Of a stretch of DNA of 40,711 nt, positions 26,555 through 34,699 are shown piece after piece. Each line of letters begins with the position of its first letter. Position 1 is the first letter of the stretch. The notes under the pieces are model-generated. The model made no database searches. It was not told the origin of the DNA and worked only from the letters and a program-made list of their open reading frames with translations. The stretch is from a virus. Its lineage: Duplodnaviria; Caudoviricetes. Location: positions 1 through 40,711 of the IMG/VR virus record IMGVR_UViG_3300037589_000063; one strand, given 5' to 3'. The position numbers and the translations under genes were made by a program.

Positions 26555-27525
26555 CACGCTTTCCTCGTCCGGTTGCCGATGAGCGCGATCGACAGCTCGT
26601 CGCGGTAGCGCCATGCCAGCCAGACGCCGCCAACGACCAGCACCGCAATGCTGCCGTAGAGGATCCAGTCGCCGTAGCCAGTCGTGGCCGTGAACTGGTC
26701 GGCAACACCGGTTGCAGCTCCTGCCGCAGTGCCAGTCGTGCCCTTGGCGGACTTGGCCTTGAGATCGATCACCCGTTGGAGCTGATCGAGAGTTGCACGG
26801 CCCAGAATGCCGTCATTGTCGAGCTGCGGGTGCGCCTCCTGGAAACGGCGCGTTGCCGAGGCAATCAGATCCTTGTCGGAGAGGCTGGAGCCGGAAAGAT
26901 ATCCAAGCTGCACCAGCCACTCGACCGCCTGGGCGTAGTCGTCGGTTCCAAGCCGCCAGGACGGCATCACGGCCTTGATCTCCTTCGGCGCGGATGTCCG
27001 TGGCGCCTTCACCCAGGCTGGCCACCGGTTGAATTCCATGATGGTCGAGGCTTCAGCCCGCCGCCGGACGAGACCCGGCAGCCGGCGTCCCTTGGCGGTG
27101 GTCGCCGTCACCTTCAGACGTCGGGCGGCATCCTTGACGTCGCCTCGAACGAGAGCCTTGAACCAGGTCCACTTGGCTGCACCCAGACCGCAGTTAAACA
27201 GCATGTCGATCGCCGCCGCCTTGGCATGTGGCGAAGCTTTGGGAGCGCGCTTGAGAACCGGCTGGGCGTATTCCGCGTCGACCAGCGCCTTGAGGAGGAA
27301 GAAAGCATCCGCCTCTGCGATCACGTCGCCAAGGCGCAGCTTGCGGCCATGGCGGTCGAGCCACCAGTCACGAAAGACTTTCGATCCCCAAGTGAACCCG
27401 AAACCGATAGTGATGACGCCTGCCGGGCAGCGATAGGCGCGGAGCACCTTGCCTTCATGCTGTCCGGTAAACGGAATAAGGCGCGGGTCGTAACCAGCCT
27501 GCGCCGCTGCGAGTTGGGTGTTCAT
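26554..27525 (-). CDS. Endolysin: GH24 lysozyme, peptidoglycan-binding domain and C-terminal TM helix
   Basis: HEG..LRAYRCPAGVITIGFG (E-x8-C-x5-T), LPGLVRRRAE, FQ.....L..DGILGRATL, and WILYGSIAVLVVGGVWLAW. Confidence 0.92.
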   Translation of the reverse strand: MNTQLAAAQAGYDPRLIPFTGQHEGKVLRAYRCPAGVITIGFGFTWGSKVFRDWWLDRHGRKLRLGDVIAEADAFFLLKALVDAEYAQPVLKRAPKASPHAKAAAIDMLFNCGLGAAKWTWFKALVRGDVKDAARRLKVTATTAKGRRLPGLVRRRAEASTIMEFNRWPAWVKAPRTSAPKEIKAVMPSWRLGTDDYAQAVEWLVQLGYLSGSSLSDKDLIASATRRFQEAHPQLDNDGILGRATLDQLQRVIDLKAKSAKGTTGTAAGAATGVADQFTATTGYGDWILYGSIAVLVVGGVWLAWRYRDELSIALIGNRTRKA

Positions 27526-27554
27526 GAGCCTGATCCCGGTTGAGTGTCACGGGC

Positions 27555-27601
27555 AAGCTACGGAATGCGTGCAAATCCAGTCATGCCCGCAATGGCGGGC
27601 C
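27555..27601 (-). promoter_or_regulatory. Late promoter (Plys-equivalent): dyad plus -10 (TAGCTT)
   Basis: ATGCCCGC-aatg-GCGGGCC at 27583-27601, 22 bp from AAGCTA at 27555-27560. Confidence 0.75.
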
Positions 27602-27608
27602 GGAGCAT

Positions 27609-27965
27609 TTAGAGAAGGGAAAGCTGACGATCGTCGCGGGCTTTGCGAACCCGCTTGAAGAGGCGTTCGACACCACTCTCGGTGATGCCCAGGCGTCGTG
27701 CGATCTCGGCGTTTGAGAAGCCGGCTTTTCTGTAGTGACGCGCGCGGAGCTCACGGTCAAGAGGGACCTTGATGTACTCGCCGCCGAAGGCACTCGCGAG
27801 TTTGGCCGCTGCATCTTCTCCGATATGGCCCGGCAGCTCGGATTGGCCAGCGGATCTCGGCACGTAAAGCCGGATGCCGCCATACCGCTCGACCAACGCC
27901 AGATAGGCGGTGTCGCCGATCAGCGCCGTCAAGGTTTCGGTAATGGGTGGGCCGGCCATGCTCAC
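27609..27965 (-). CDS. mor: Mor/C-family transcription activator
   Basis: LVERYGGIRLYVP, IG..AA.KL...FGGE.I.VP, and a C-terminal HTH. Last gene before the late genes. Confidence 0.85.
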   Translation of the reverse strand: MSMAGPPITETLTALIGDTAYLALVERYGGIRLYVPRSAGQSELPGHIGEDAAAKLASAFGGEYIKVPLDRELRARHYRKAGFSNAEIARRLGITESGVERLFKRVRKARDDRQLSLL

Positions 27966-28297
27966 GATCCGGACGCCTCCCTGAAAAAGCGCTCGCGCAG
28001 GGTGCGGACTGGTGCCGGGCCTTCAAACCCGAGATCCGGCCACCAGTCGTCAGGGCCGAGTCTCCACAAATGCCGCATGGCAATGTTGTTCACGACGCGA
28101 TCGCGCGGCGGATAGACTTCAATCGCCGCGACATCGGAACCCCAATAGAAGTTCTTGATGGTCTGCAGCGCGTCCCAGGTGATCGATCCGTCATGCTCCA
28201 CCGACAGAAGCCCGAGCGCCTCGTCGTGATAGATACGCTCGACGCCAAGGCCAAAGCGGAATTCGCCGGGCTTGCGGGTCCAGACCAGAGTTCCCAT
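27962..28297 (-). CDS. Conserved phage hypothetical protein
   Basis: ITWDALQ.IKN..WG....AIEVYPP...VVN....RHLW, a motif recurrent in phage proteins. Confidence 0.75.
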   Translation of the reverse strand: MGTLVWTRKPGEFRFGLGVERIYHDEALGLLSVEHDGSITWDALQTIKNFYWGSDVAAIEVYPPRDRVVNNIAMRHLWRLGPDDWWPDLGFEGPAPVRTLRERFFREASGS

Positions 28298-28298
28298 C

Positions 28299-28733
28299 TC
28301 AGCGGCTCTCCCATTGGATGATCACACCATGGAACGTGGTGCCTGGGTTTTCCGCCGCCCAGAAGCGGCCCATGGTTTCCCGCGCGGTTTTCCCGATCAG
28401 CTTTGCCGGAGCCAGTCCTTCCAATCGCTTCGGATCGAAGCCGTCGGATATCGCGAACGCCTCGATCTCGTCCCGGTTCAATGGCCGGCCGTCGATCTCG
28501 ATATAGGCAAGGCCCGGCTCGATCAGGTCGGACGACATGATCAGGATCGGCAGCACTGCTATGCAGACCGGATCGGTGATTATCTTCTTGCAATGGCGGG
28601 TGCGCATGCCAGTGAACAATTGTACCGGCTCGCCGACATGGGCATGCCGGCGGCGATGCCCTCTGATCGTGTGCCGCTTGCTGCCGTCCTCGATCTGGGG
28701 CGCGAAATAGGTCTTGAAGCTGTAGGCGACCAT
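28299..28733 (-). CDS. ASCH/PUA-like domain protein
   Basis: Start MVAYSF at 28733. I..GSK.HTIR, VGE.VQLFTG.RT, and FA.SDGF motifs. Confidence 0.7.
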   Translation of the reverse strand: MVAYSFKTYFAPQIEDGSKRHTIRGHRRRHAHVGEPVQLFTGMRTRHCKKIITDPVCIAVLPILIMSSDLIEPGLAYIEIDGRPLNRDEIEAFAISDGFDPKRLEGLAPAKLIGKTARETMGRFWAAENPGTTFHGVIIQWESR

Positions 28734-29458
28734 CACGAAGCCGCCTTTTCCGCCTGGCGGCGCTTCTCTTCGGCCTTCCGTTCGGCCAGCCGGCGCTTGG
28801 CCTCGCCGGGCGATGCCAGCGCCATGTCGGCCGTGACGGTGTAGGTCGCCTGCATGCCGGGACGAAGCCAGATCGGCGGCTGCGGCGCGTGCCCGGCAAT
28901 CCAGACCAGCCAGACATAGTCCGTGGCGGTTGAAGCTTCGGGATCCCATACACCCTCGATCAGCGCCACCCGCTCGGCGAAGTGGATGACGAAGGTCGGC
29001 TTGTTGTCGCGATAGATTTGATTGTAGCGCTCCTGGCCGGACAGCCAGCTCACTCGCACGAAGAACGCGAATCCGATCTGGGCAATTGCCAGTGAGCGCT
29101 CAAAGAACACATCGGCGATGTTGAAGGGTGGGTTGCAGAACACCCAGTCGGGCTGCCTAAAACCGTCCGCCTCAAGCGTCTTGACAGTCTCGAAGGTGAA
29201 GTCCCGGATTGGCGGGTTGATCCCCCAATCGTGGACATCGGAGAAATCGACATGGCCAAAGACCTCCCGGAGCGGCGCGATCATATGCCCGCCGCCAACG
29301 CACGGGTCGAGTGCTGTCTGTTCCGAAAGAGGAACCCGGAAATTCAGTGGCAACAGCACCTCATGCAACAGCGCCCGCGTTGCCCAGGGCGGCGTCGGGA
29401 AATAGTCCAGGCTGTCCGCCGCCTGGTTGCGCTCGTTCATGACATTTGCTTTGCGCAT
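28733..29458 (-). CDS. Third DNA methyltransferase (N6-adenine, NPPF type)
   Basis: Start re-called near 29458. DYFPTPPWATRAL, LDPCVGGGHM (motif I), CNPPF (motif IV), and TAT.Y.WLVW. Confidence 0.85.
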   Translation of the reverse strand: MRKANVMNERNQAADSLDYFPTPPWATRALLHEVLLPLNFRVPLSEQTALDPCVGGGHMIAPLREVFGHVDFSDVHDWGINPPIRDFTFETVKTLEADGFRQPDWVFCNPPFNIADVFFERSLAIAQIGFAFFVRVSWLSGQERYNQIYRDNKPTFVIHFAERVALIEGVWDPEASTATDYVWLVWIAGHAPQPPIWLRPGMQATYTVTADMALASPGEAKRRLAERKAEEKRRQAEKAAS

Positions 29459-30093
29459 CACGCGCCACCCTTCTCGGCAGCGCGGATCAGCGCGCCGAGC
29501 TTGTTCATGGCGGCAATCCAGTCCTGGTCGGAAAGTCCCCACGGTGCCTGAAACCCGTGGGTACGCAGAACGTCGACGAGCGAGATTTCCGGAAGGATCA
29601 GGCGATAGAAGATCAGCTTTCGGTGCTGCGCTGTGGCAATCCGGTATCCGTTGGATTGTGACCAGTCCGGCAGGAACCGGTCCTTCGACCAGTCGACACC
29701 GCCGTCGCGTTCCAGCCACTTCTTCAGCGCCTCGATCGCCTTGCTGGCGTCGTCATGGAAGCGCAGGAACCTGGTGTGATCGATCCCTGTTTGGCGCTTG
29801 ACAAAGGCGAGCAGCGCCGCGTCATCATTGTTGCGGATCAGTCCGAGATTGTAGCCGGCGATCCAGAGCGCCTGCAGCTTGGGTGCATACTTGCCCTCAA
29901 TGCCCTTTCGAGAGCCCCTTGAAGCGGGCTTGAAACCATGGTTCTTCAGGACATCGAGAACGCGACCGCGCTCGCGATCGCTCATGTCCTTCGACGATCG
30001 TTTGCCGGTTTCCCGCTCCAGCAGGTCGCGCCAGGTATCGTCATCCAGCCCGAGCTGCTTCTTGGCAATATGCAGTTTGGCGAGCGCGCTCAC
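29458..30093 (-). CDS. gemA: GemA / gp16 family protein (DUF1018)
   Basis: GTG start at 30093. KLHIAKKQLGLDDDT.R.LL...TGK.S.K.M, K..ALW, AL.AFVKRQTG, and IEALK.W motifs. Confidence 0.92.
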   Translation of the reverse strand: MSALAKLHIAKKQLGLDDDTWRDLLERETGKRSSKDMSDRERGRVLDVLKNHGFKPASRGSRKGIEGKYAPKLQALWIAGYNLGLIRNNDDAALLAFVKRQTGIDHTRFLRFHDDASKAIEALKKWLERDGGVDWSKDRFLPDWSQSNGYRIATAQHRKLIFYRLILPEISLVDVLRTHGFQAPWGLSDQDWIAAMNKLGALIRAAEKGGA

Positions 30094-30359
30094 AGGATGT
30101 ACCTCGCGTCGATTGCCTTTGGTCCGCCGGCGATGTCGAAGGCTCCGGACCGGCCCTCCACAAGAAGATCCACAAAGCGCTGCCCCCACATTTCGCCACG
30201 CGCCAGCGCCTCTTCCAGGTCGGCGGAGTCCTGGTTGATGGTTGCTGCCATGATCGAAGCGAAGGCGGAAAAAGCATCTTCGGGCGCATGCGGCGCGATA
30301 ACCCGCATGACCTTGTCCGCGATGGCGTTCTGCTCTTCGGTTAGTGCTCTCCTGGTCAT
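30090..30359 (-). CDS. Hypothetical protein
   Basis: Start MTRRAL at 30359; overlaps both neighbouring genes by 4 nt. Confidence 0.6.
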   Translation of the reverse strand: MTRRALTEEQNAIADKVMRVIAPHAPEDAFSAFASIMAATINQDSADLEEALARGEMWGQRFVDLLVEGRSGAFDIAGGPKAIDARYIL

Positions 30360-30835
30360 AAGCCCGCTTCCTCCAGCAGCTCGGCTGCGCGATTGGCTAT
30401 CTCTGGTCGGAAGAAGCCGAGCCGGATATCGAGCGGCGATGAGAAGCCACCGCACTCGTCGCGACCGGACAGCAGCGCGGTGTCGATGCACGTTGCAAGG
30501 CAGCCCGCCAGCCGCTTCTCCAGCGTCTCAACCTGCGGAAGATCGAGGCCCATCTCGGCGTCGATTGCCCGGTCGAGGTCTTCGCCGCCGAGGATGGTGT
30601 TGTCCGGCACACGGCCCGCGAAGACGCCGCCCACGGCGATATCGACCGGTCGGGTCTGACGGTTGCGCAGGTGACGGTACCGGCACGCATCGCGCTCCAG
30701 CGCGTCGTGAAGCCGGTCCTGGCAGAAACTGCAGAGATCGTCATCGGCCCAGCACAGCATCTCGCCGCCGATTTCGATTCCGGGCTCGATGTCGGTAATC
30801 CCGCATTCCCGGCACTTGTGAAGGACATGGGTCAC
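30356..30835 (-). CDS. Hypothetical protein with N-terminal Zn-ribbon (CREC...C.W...DLCSFC)
   Basis: GTG start at 30835, coupled to the upstream stop. Confidence 0.6.
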   Translation of the reverse strand: MTHVLHKCRECGITDIEPGIEIGGEMLCWADDDLCSFCQDRLHDALERDACRYRHLRNRQTRPVDIAVGGVFAGRVPDNTILGGEDLDRAIDAEMGLDLPQVETLEKRLAGCLATCIDTALLSGRDECGGFSSPLDIRLGFFRPEIANRAAELLEEAGL

Positions 30836-31023
30836 TTTCTCGTCTCCAGTTTCAGCGCCTCGGTGGTCAGCTGCCGCAATTCGGCTTGCAGCTCGATCCG
30901 CCGCCAAGCGTTGGGTTTGAGTTTCTCGATGCGCCGGGCAAGCTCCTGGCGCCTGGCCTCGATGTCGCGAGCGGCCCGCCACCGAAACAGATCAACCGGT
31001 TCGGGTGCGGCGGGCCGGCGCAT
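30832..31023 (-). CDS. Hypothetical coiled-coil protein
   Basis: MRRPAAPEPVDLFRW...; fills the operon gap. Confidence 0.55.
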   Translation of the reverse strand: MRRPAAPEPVDLFRWRAARDIEARRQELARRIEKLKPNAWRRIELQAELRQLTTEALKLETRK

Positions 31024-31024
31024 G

Positions 31025-31270
31025 TCAGAGGGTCCGGTCCGGAGCGTGATCATCATCTGGCCGGAGATCGTCGATGTGGATGCCGCACCTGGAGCAGATC
31101 TTCCGATCGGCCTCACTTCCGACATGGCCGCTGCATTCCGCAGTGCCATCCCGCGCCGCGAGGATCCGCTGGTCATACTGACGATGAAAATCGGGGCTCC
31201 CCGGCAACGCGCTGCGATACTCTTCGGGGATCTCCGACCACAGGAACTCATCTGGGTGAGGATCAACCAT
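31025..31270 (-). CDS. Hypothetical Cys/His protein
   Basis: MVDPHP...CSGH...CSRCG; translationally coupled to the upstream gene. Confidence 0.5.
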   Translation of the reverse strand: MVDPHPDEFLWSEIPEEYRSALPGSPDFHRQYDQRILAARDGTAECSGHVGSEADRKICSRCGIHIDDLRPDDDHAPDRTL

Positions 31271-31506
31271 CACGTAACCTCCGCCGGGCGTTGCTCTTGG
31301 GTCAGAGCCATGGCGGCAATATCGGAAGGTGCCGGGCATGGGGATTCAACGCTCACCTTTCGGCTCGCACAGGTGAACACACCGCCGCACTCGAACTCTG
31401 TCATGAAGCCGTGTTCGTCGCGATTGCCCTTGAGCCATCGCGCTCCGCATACCGGGCACCTGTTCACATTGTTTGGCGGGACGGTCAGTGGTCGGAAGTT
31501 CTTCAT
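31270..31506 (-). CDS. Hypothetical Zn-ribbon protein
   Basis: MKNFRP...CPVCG...FECGG...CP; TGATG overlap with the DUF3164 gene. Confidence 0.55.
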   Translation of the reverse strand: MKNFRPLTVPPNNVNRCPVCGARWLKGNRDEHGFMTEFECGGVFTCASRKVSVESPCPAPSDIAAMALTQEQRPAEVT

Positions 31507-32174
31507 CACGCACCTGCCTTCGCCAGGTCGATCGTAACCGCCTGCCACCCATCAGTGATCCGGTCGCGCTCATAGAACCGAACATACTCCTTCGAGCCCG
31601 TCACCCGCATGGCGTCGCGGATGGCCTCCATGGCCTTGAGCCAGCGCTCGTCTTCGATCTGCATGCGCAAGAGCATGAAGATCTCTGACCGGTTGATCTG
31701 GCCTTCCTTGTCGGTGTTGAAGGCGCGGGTGACGATCGCGCGGATCTCCGGCCGGCTGTCGGCTGACCACTCGTTGAGGCATTCATCGATCAAAATCTTG
31801 GCGACCTGTAACTGCGGCCCGAAGTCGACGAAATCGGCCACCGATACGACCACCTTCATCAGCCCGTCGAACGTCTGGTAGGTGCGGTTGCCCTTCTTGC
31901 CGCCCTTCTTCAGTTCGTATTCCTGATCCAGCAGCGCATCGAACTCGCCGAGGTCCGTCATCGTATGGCCGCGGAACCGAACAATCTGCGCGGAGAGATC
32001 GCGGGCATAGCCCATAATCTTGCGGACTGTCTCATCTTCCAGCTTGTCGGCCGGCTTGACCATTTCGAGCGGCACAAGCGCGCCCTTGGCATCGGCCATG
32101 TAGGGCTTGCCGTTGACATTTGTGATGCCCTCTTCGGCGCGTTCTTCGATAATGACTGCAGTGTTCATGGTCAT
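31506..32174 (-). CDS. DUF3164 family protein, conserved in Mu-like phages
   Basis: YM.DAKG.LVP..MVK..DKL.D, GGKKGN.T..TFDG, FGPQLQ.AK.LIDEC..W, and SK.YVRFY.R motifs. Confidence 0.92.
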   Translation of the reverse strand: MTMNTAVIIEERAEEGITNVNGKPYMADAKGALVPLEMVKPADKLEDETVRKIMGYARDLSAQIVRFRGHTMTDLGEFDALLDQEYELKKGGKKGNRTYQTFDGLMKVVVSVADFVDFGPQLQVAKILIDECLNEWSADSRPEIRAIVTRAFNTDKEGQINRSEIFMLLRMQIEDERWLKAMEAIRDAMRVTGSKEYVRFYERDRITDGWQAVTIDLAKAGA

Positions 32175-32596
32175 GTCCTTTGTTTCGGTGTGACGTGGTT
32201 GCAGACGGCCATCGCCGCCTTTTCAAAGTTCTGGCGGGCGAGGTTCTCGCCCGTCGAATGGCGCTCGCGTTCGAGCCGCTGGCGGGCCGACAGCAGGGTT
32301 TCGAGCGCAGACCCCAGCGCAGCATCTTCGCCAGCGAAGATCGGCACCTGTACGATCTCGGGCTTCCGTTTCGGGGCAGGTTCCGGTGTGGCAGGTTCGG
32401 CCAGCATCATTGACGCGATCCGCCTGTTGGCGTCATCGAGCTGCTGGTCAATGATCAGCACCGCAGCCGCCAGCTCGCGGATCTGGTCGACGGGCAGATC
32501 AAGTGCGGCGCGGCGGTTCGCGACGAGGTACTGCGCGAACTCAACCACATTGATGACTTCGGGTGCTTTCGCGGCACGCTTTGCCTGAGCGTTCAT
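32171..32596 (-). CDS. Hypothetical protein
   Basis: 141-aa ORF with ATGA overlaps on both sides. Confidence 0.65.
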   Translation of the reverse strand: MNAQAKRAAKAPEVINVVEFAQYLVANRRAALDLPVDQIRELAAAVLIIDQQLDDANRRIASMMLAEPATPEPAPKRKPEIVQVPIFAGEDAALGSALETLLSARQRLERERHSTGENLARQNFEKAAMAVCNHVTPKQRT

Positions 32597-32877
32597 GCCG
32601 CATTGCCCCCGCCAGACGGACGCCGCGGAACGTTGGTGCGGGATCCGGGAAACGAGATCACATTGCCAGCCCCCTCGATCATGGCTTCCCGCCGCGCGGC
32701 TTCATTCCACTGATGCCGCGACAGCTCATTCTCCTGGGACTTTGCCAGGGTGACCAGCTCATCGAAATGTTCGACCAGAGCGACGATCTCTTCGGCAAAG
32801 AACACTTTGCCGCCATGGGTGTGGTGCTTGAAAGCGTCGCGGGTGGCCTTCAGGCGATCTGAGAGGAAATCACGCAT
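32593..32877 (-). CDS. Hypothetical protein
   Basis: Start MRDFLS at 32877 after a GGGAGG RBS; NVISFP motif. Confidence 0.6.
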   Translation of the reverse strand: MRDFLSDRLKATRDAFKHHTHGGKVFFAEEIVALVEHFDELVTLAKSQENELSRHQWNEAARREAMIEGAGNVISFPGSRTNVPRRPSGGGNAA

Positions 32878-33265
32878 CGTCCGATCCTCCCGCAAGCCGG
32901 CTGTTCGGGCATCCGGCCCGACACGCCTGGAACATTGCCACCGCATTGCTGCTCGCAGTGGAGAACGGCCGTCTCTGCCAGGTCTGGCAGACATTGCGGC
33001 TCATCTCGCCAAGCCTCGGGCAAGTCACCGTCTCCGCCATCAGCACACCGCGAACGACTTGCTCGAAGCGGTCCATGTCGCCGAGATAGGTGTTGGAAAG
33101 TACCTGGCTGATGGTCGATCCGGCGTAGCTGAGCCGACGACCCACGGCTGTCTGGCTTTCCATGTTGCAGGCTTCCGCCAACACCAGAACCCATTCCGGC
33201 GGAGCGCCCCAGGCTTCTCGCGCCCTGGCGACGTTGTCGTTCTTCTGTTTGGACACGGCGCTCAT
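32870..33265 (-). CDS. HTH plus Cys-cluster protein conserved downstream of MuB
   Basis: W...LAEAC...SQ..V...L.Y....IS.VL...Y.G, CP.LGE...C, and CR.GCP motifs. Confidence 0.8.
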   Translation of the reverse strand: MSAVSKQKNDNVARAREAWGAPPEWVLVLAEACNMESQTAVGRRLSYAGSTISQVLSNTYLGDMDRFEQVVRGVLMAETVTCPRLGEMSRNVCQTWQRRPFSTASSNAVAMFQACRAGCPNSRLAGGSDDA

Positions 33266-33879
33266 GACGGCTCCTCCTCAGCAAGGATTTCGCCAACCAC
33301 CGCCTGCCGGTTCGGATCGAAGACCACGTGGCTGCGCAGCACCTTCGGCGCTTCGGGACCGGTGTTCATGTCGGGCAACAGCGCCCAGAGCGCGAGCTTC
33401 TGCGGCCCGCCCTTCTGGCGAAGCACAAGATAGCCTGCGGCGTTCAGGCGCTTGATGTAGCTCTTGGCGCTGGCCTTGCTGATCCGCACTTCGTCAGTGG
33501 AACCCCAGTTCACCAGGTCATCCGCGGTAAAGCCGGCCCGGCACACCGGAGAGCGCATCGTGTTCCACATGGCCTGATTGCAGCCGACATGGTCGATCAC
33601 GCTCCCGTCGCGCCTGACGCGCGGCGTTGCCGACTGCATCCGCACAACGCGGAATGAGGCGGGCTCTCCGCCGGCGTCCTCAATGAACCCGGCAAGCTTC
33701 AGGCGCTTGAGAAAGTCACGGATGTCGGTGCGTCTGGTGTTGGAGCGCCACTCGATATCGCGTGTTGTGAACGCCTCGTTTCGCGCGGCGAACTCCATGG
33801 CGACGGACCAGTAATGGTCCCAGCCGCGAAGCACCGGATGCGTTTCCTTGATCGTCAGTCTCAGGATGGCGGGCATCAC
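33262..33879 (-). CDS. Tandem winged-helix protein conserved downstream of MuB
   Basis: PRVRRDGS, NQAMW..MR, AKSYI..L..AGYL, NTGP.AP, and VFDPN motifs. Confidence 0.8.
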   Translation of the reverse strand: MMPAILRLTIKETHPVLRGWDHYWSVAMEFAARNEAFTTRDIEWRSNTRRTDIRDFLKRLKLAGFIEDAGGEPASFRVVRMQSATPRVRRDGSVIDHVGCNQAMWNTMRSPVCRAGFTADDLVNWGSTDEVRISKASAKSYIKRLNAAGYLVLRQKGGPQKLALWALLPDMNTGPEAPKVLRSHVVFDPNRQAVVGEILAEEEPS

Positions 33880-34631
33880 GCTGCCTCCCGCCGTGAGGGC
33901 AGCTTGCCTTCGGAGAAGCGGCCTTCATAGGTTTGAAGCCCAATGTCCGTCAGTCCGCGCAAGGCCGCAAAATTGGCGATGGCGTGAAGGCTGTTGCCGA
34001 TGCGGCGCACCCGGCCGTCCGCTTTGATGCGGGCCTGATCGAGCAGCTCGTCGGACATCGTGATTGCCGGATAGAAGGTTCGCGCCAGCGTTCTCGTATC
34101 GTCAAGGTCGCAGGGTTGCGCATAGCCCATCACCAGCACGAGGTCGCGAAACCGGTCCACGCCTTCGAGCTTGCGGGGAAACAGTTCCTCGCCAATCAGC
34201 AGCACCGGCGCGTTGCTCTTCTTGGCGATCATCCTCACCAGTTCGATCATCCGCTTGTCGACCAGCTTGTCAGCCTCGTCGATCAGCAGCGGCCGTCTTG
34301 GATCGCGGGCCAGAAGGCCGATGATCTCGTCTTCCATGTCCGACAGCGTGCCGCGCGGCTGATACTGACCGAGTTCCGTCAGGATCGCGGTCATCAGCTT
34401 CTTGCGTGTCCAGGTGTCGGACACCTCGACATAGGCAGCGCCGGTCTTGTTCTGAGAATAGAGCGCTGCAACCGACTTCCCGTAGCCGGAGAAGCCTGCG
34501 AAAACTCCGAGATTCGGTTGCAGCGGGTGGCGGTCCTGGAGCGAGCGGACAAGCCCCAGGCACGCGGCCACGTTCTTGATCGGAGCGGTGTCGCCGCCTT
34601 GTCCATTGACAATTTTGTTGGATTTGGTCAT
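33876..34631 (-). CDS. muB: MuB-like AAA+ transposition ATPase
   Basis: Walker A GFSGYGKS, Walker B LLIDEAD, and LIGEE; directly after the transposase. Confidence 0.92.
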   Translation of the reverse strand: MTKSNKIVNGQGGDTAPIKNVAACLGLVRSLQDRHPLQPNLGVFAGFSGYGKSVAALYSQNKTGAAYVEVSDTWTRKKLMTAILTELGQYQPRGTLSDMEDEIIGLLARDPRRPLLIDEADKLVDKRMIELVRMIAKKSNAPVLLIGEELFPRKLEGVDRFRDLVLVMGYAQPCDLDDTRTLARTFYPAITMSDELLDQARIKADGRVRRIGNSLHAIANFAALRGLTDIGLQTYEGRFSEGKLPSRREAA

Positions 34632-34653
34632 TTCTTCCTCTGTTCTTGACTAT

Positions 34654-34680
34654 GGCCCCTTGGCAGAGGGGCCTTTTCTT
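34654..34680 (+). terminator. Antisense-oriented intrinsic terminator between A and B
   Basis: GGCCCCT-TGGCAG-AGGGGCC followed by TTTTCTT. Confidence 0.55.
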
Positions 34681-34699
34681 CGGTCGAAAACACGCTCAC

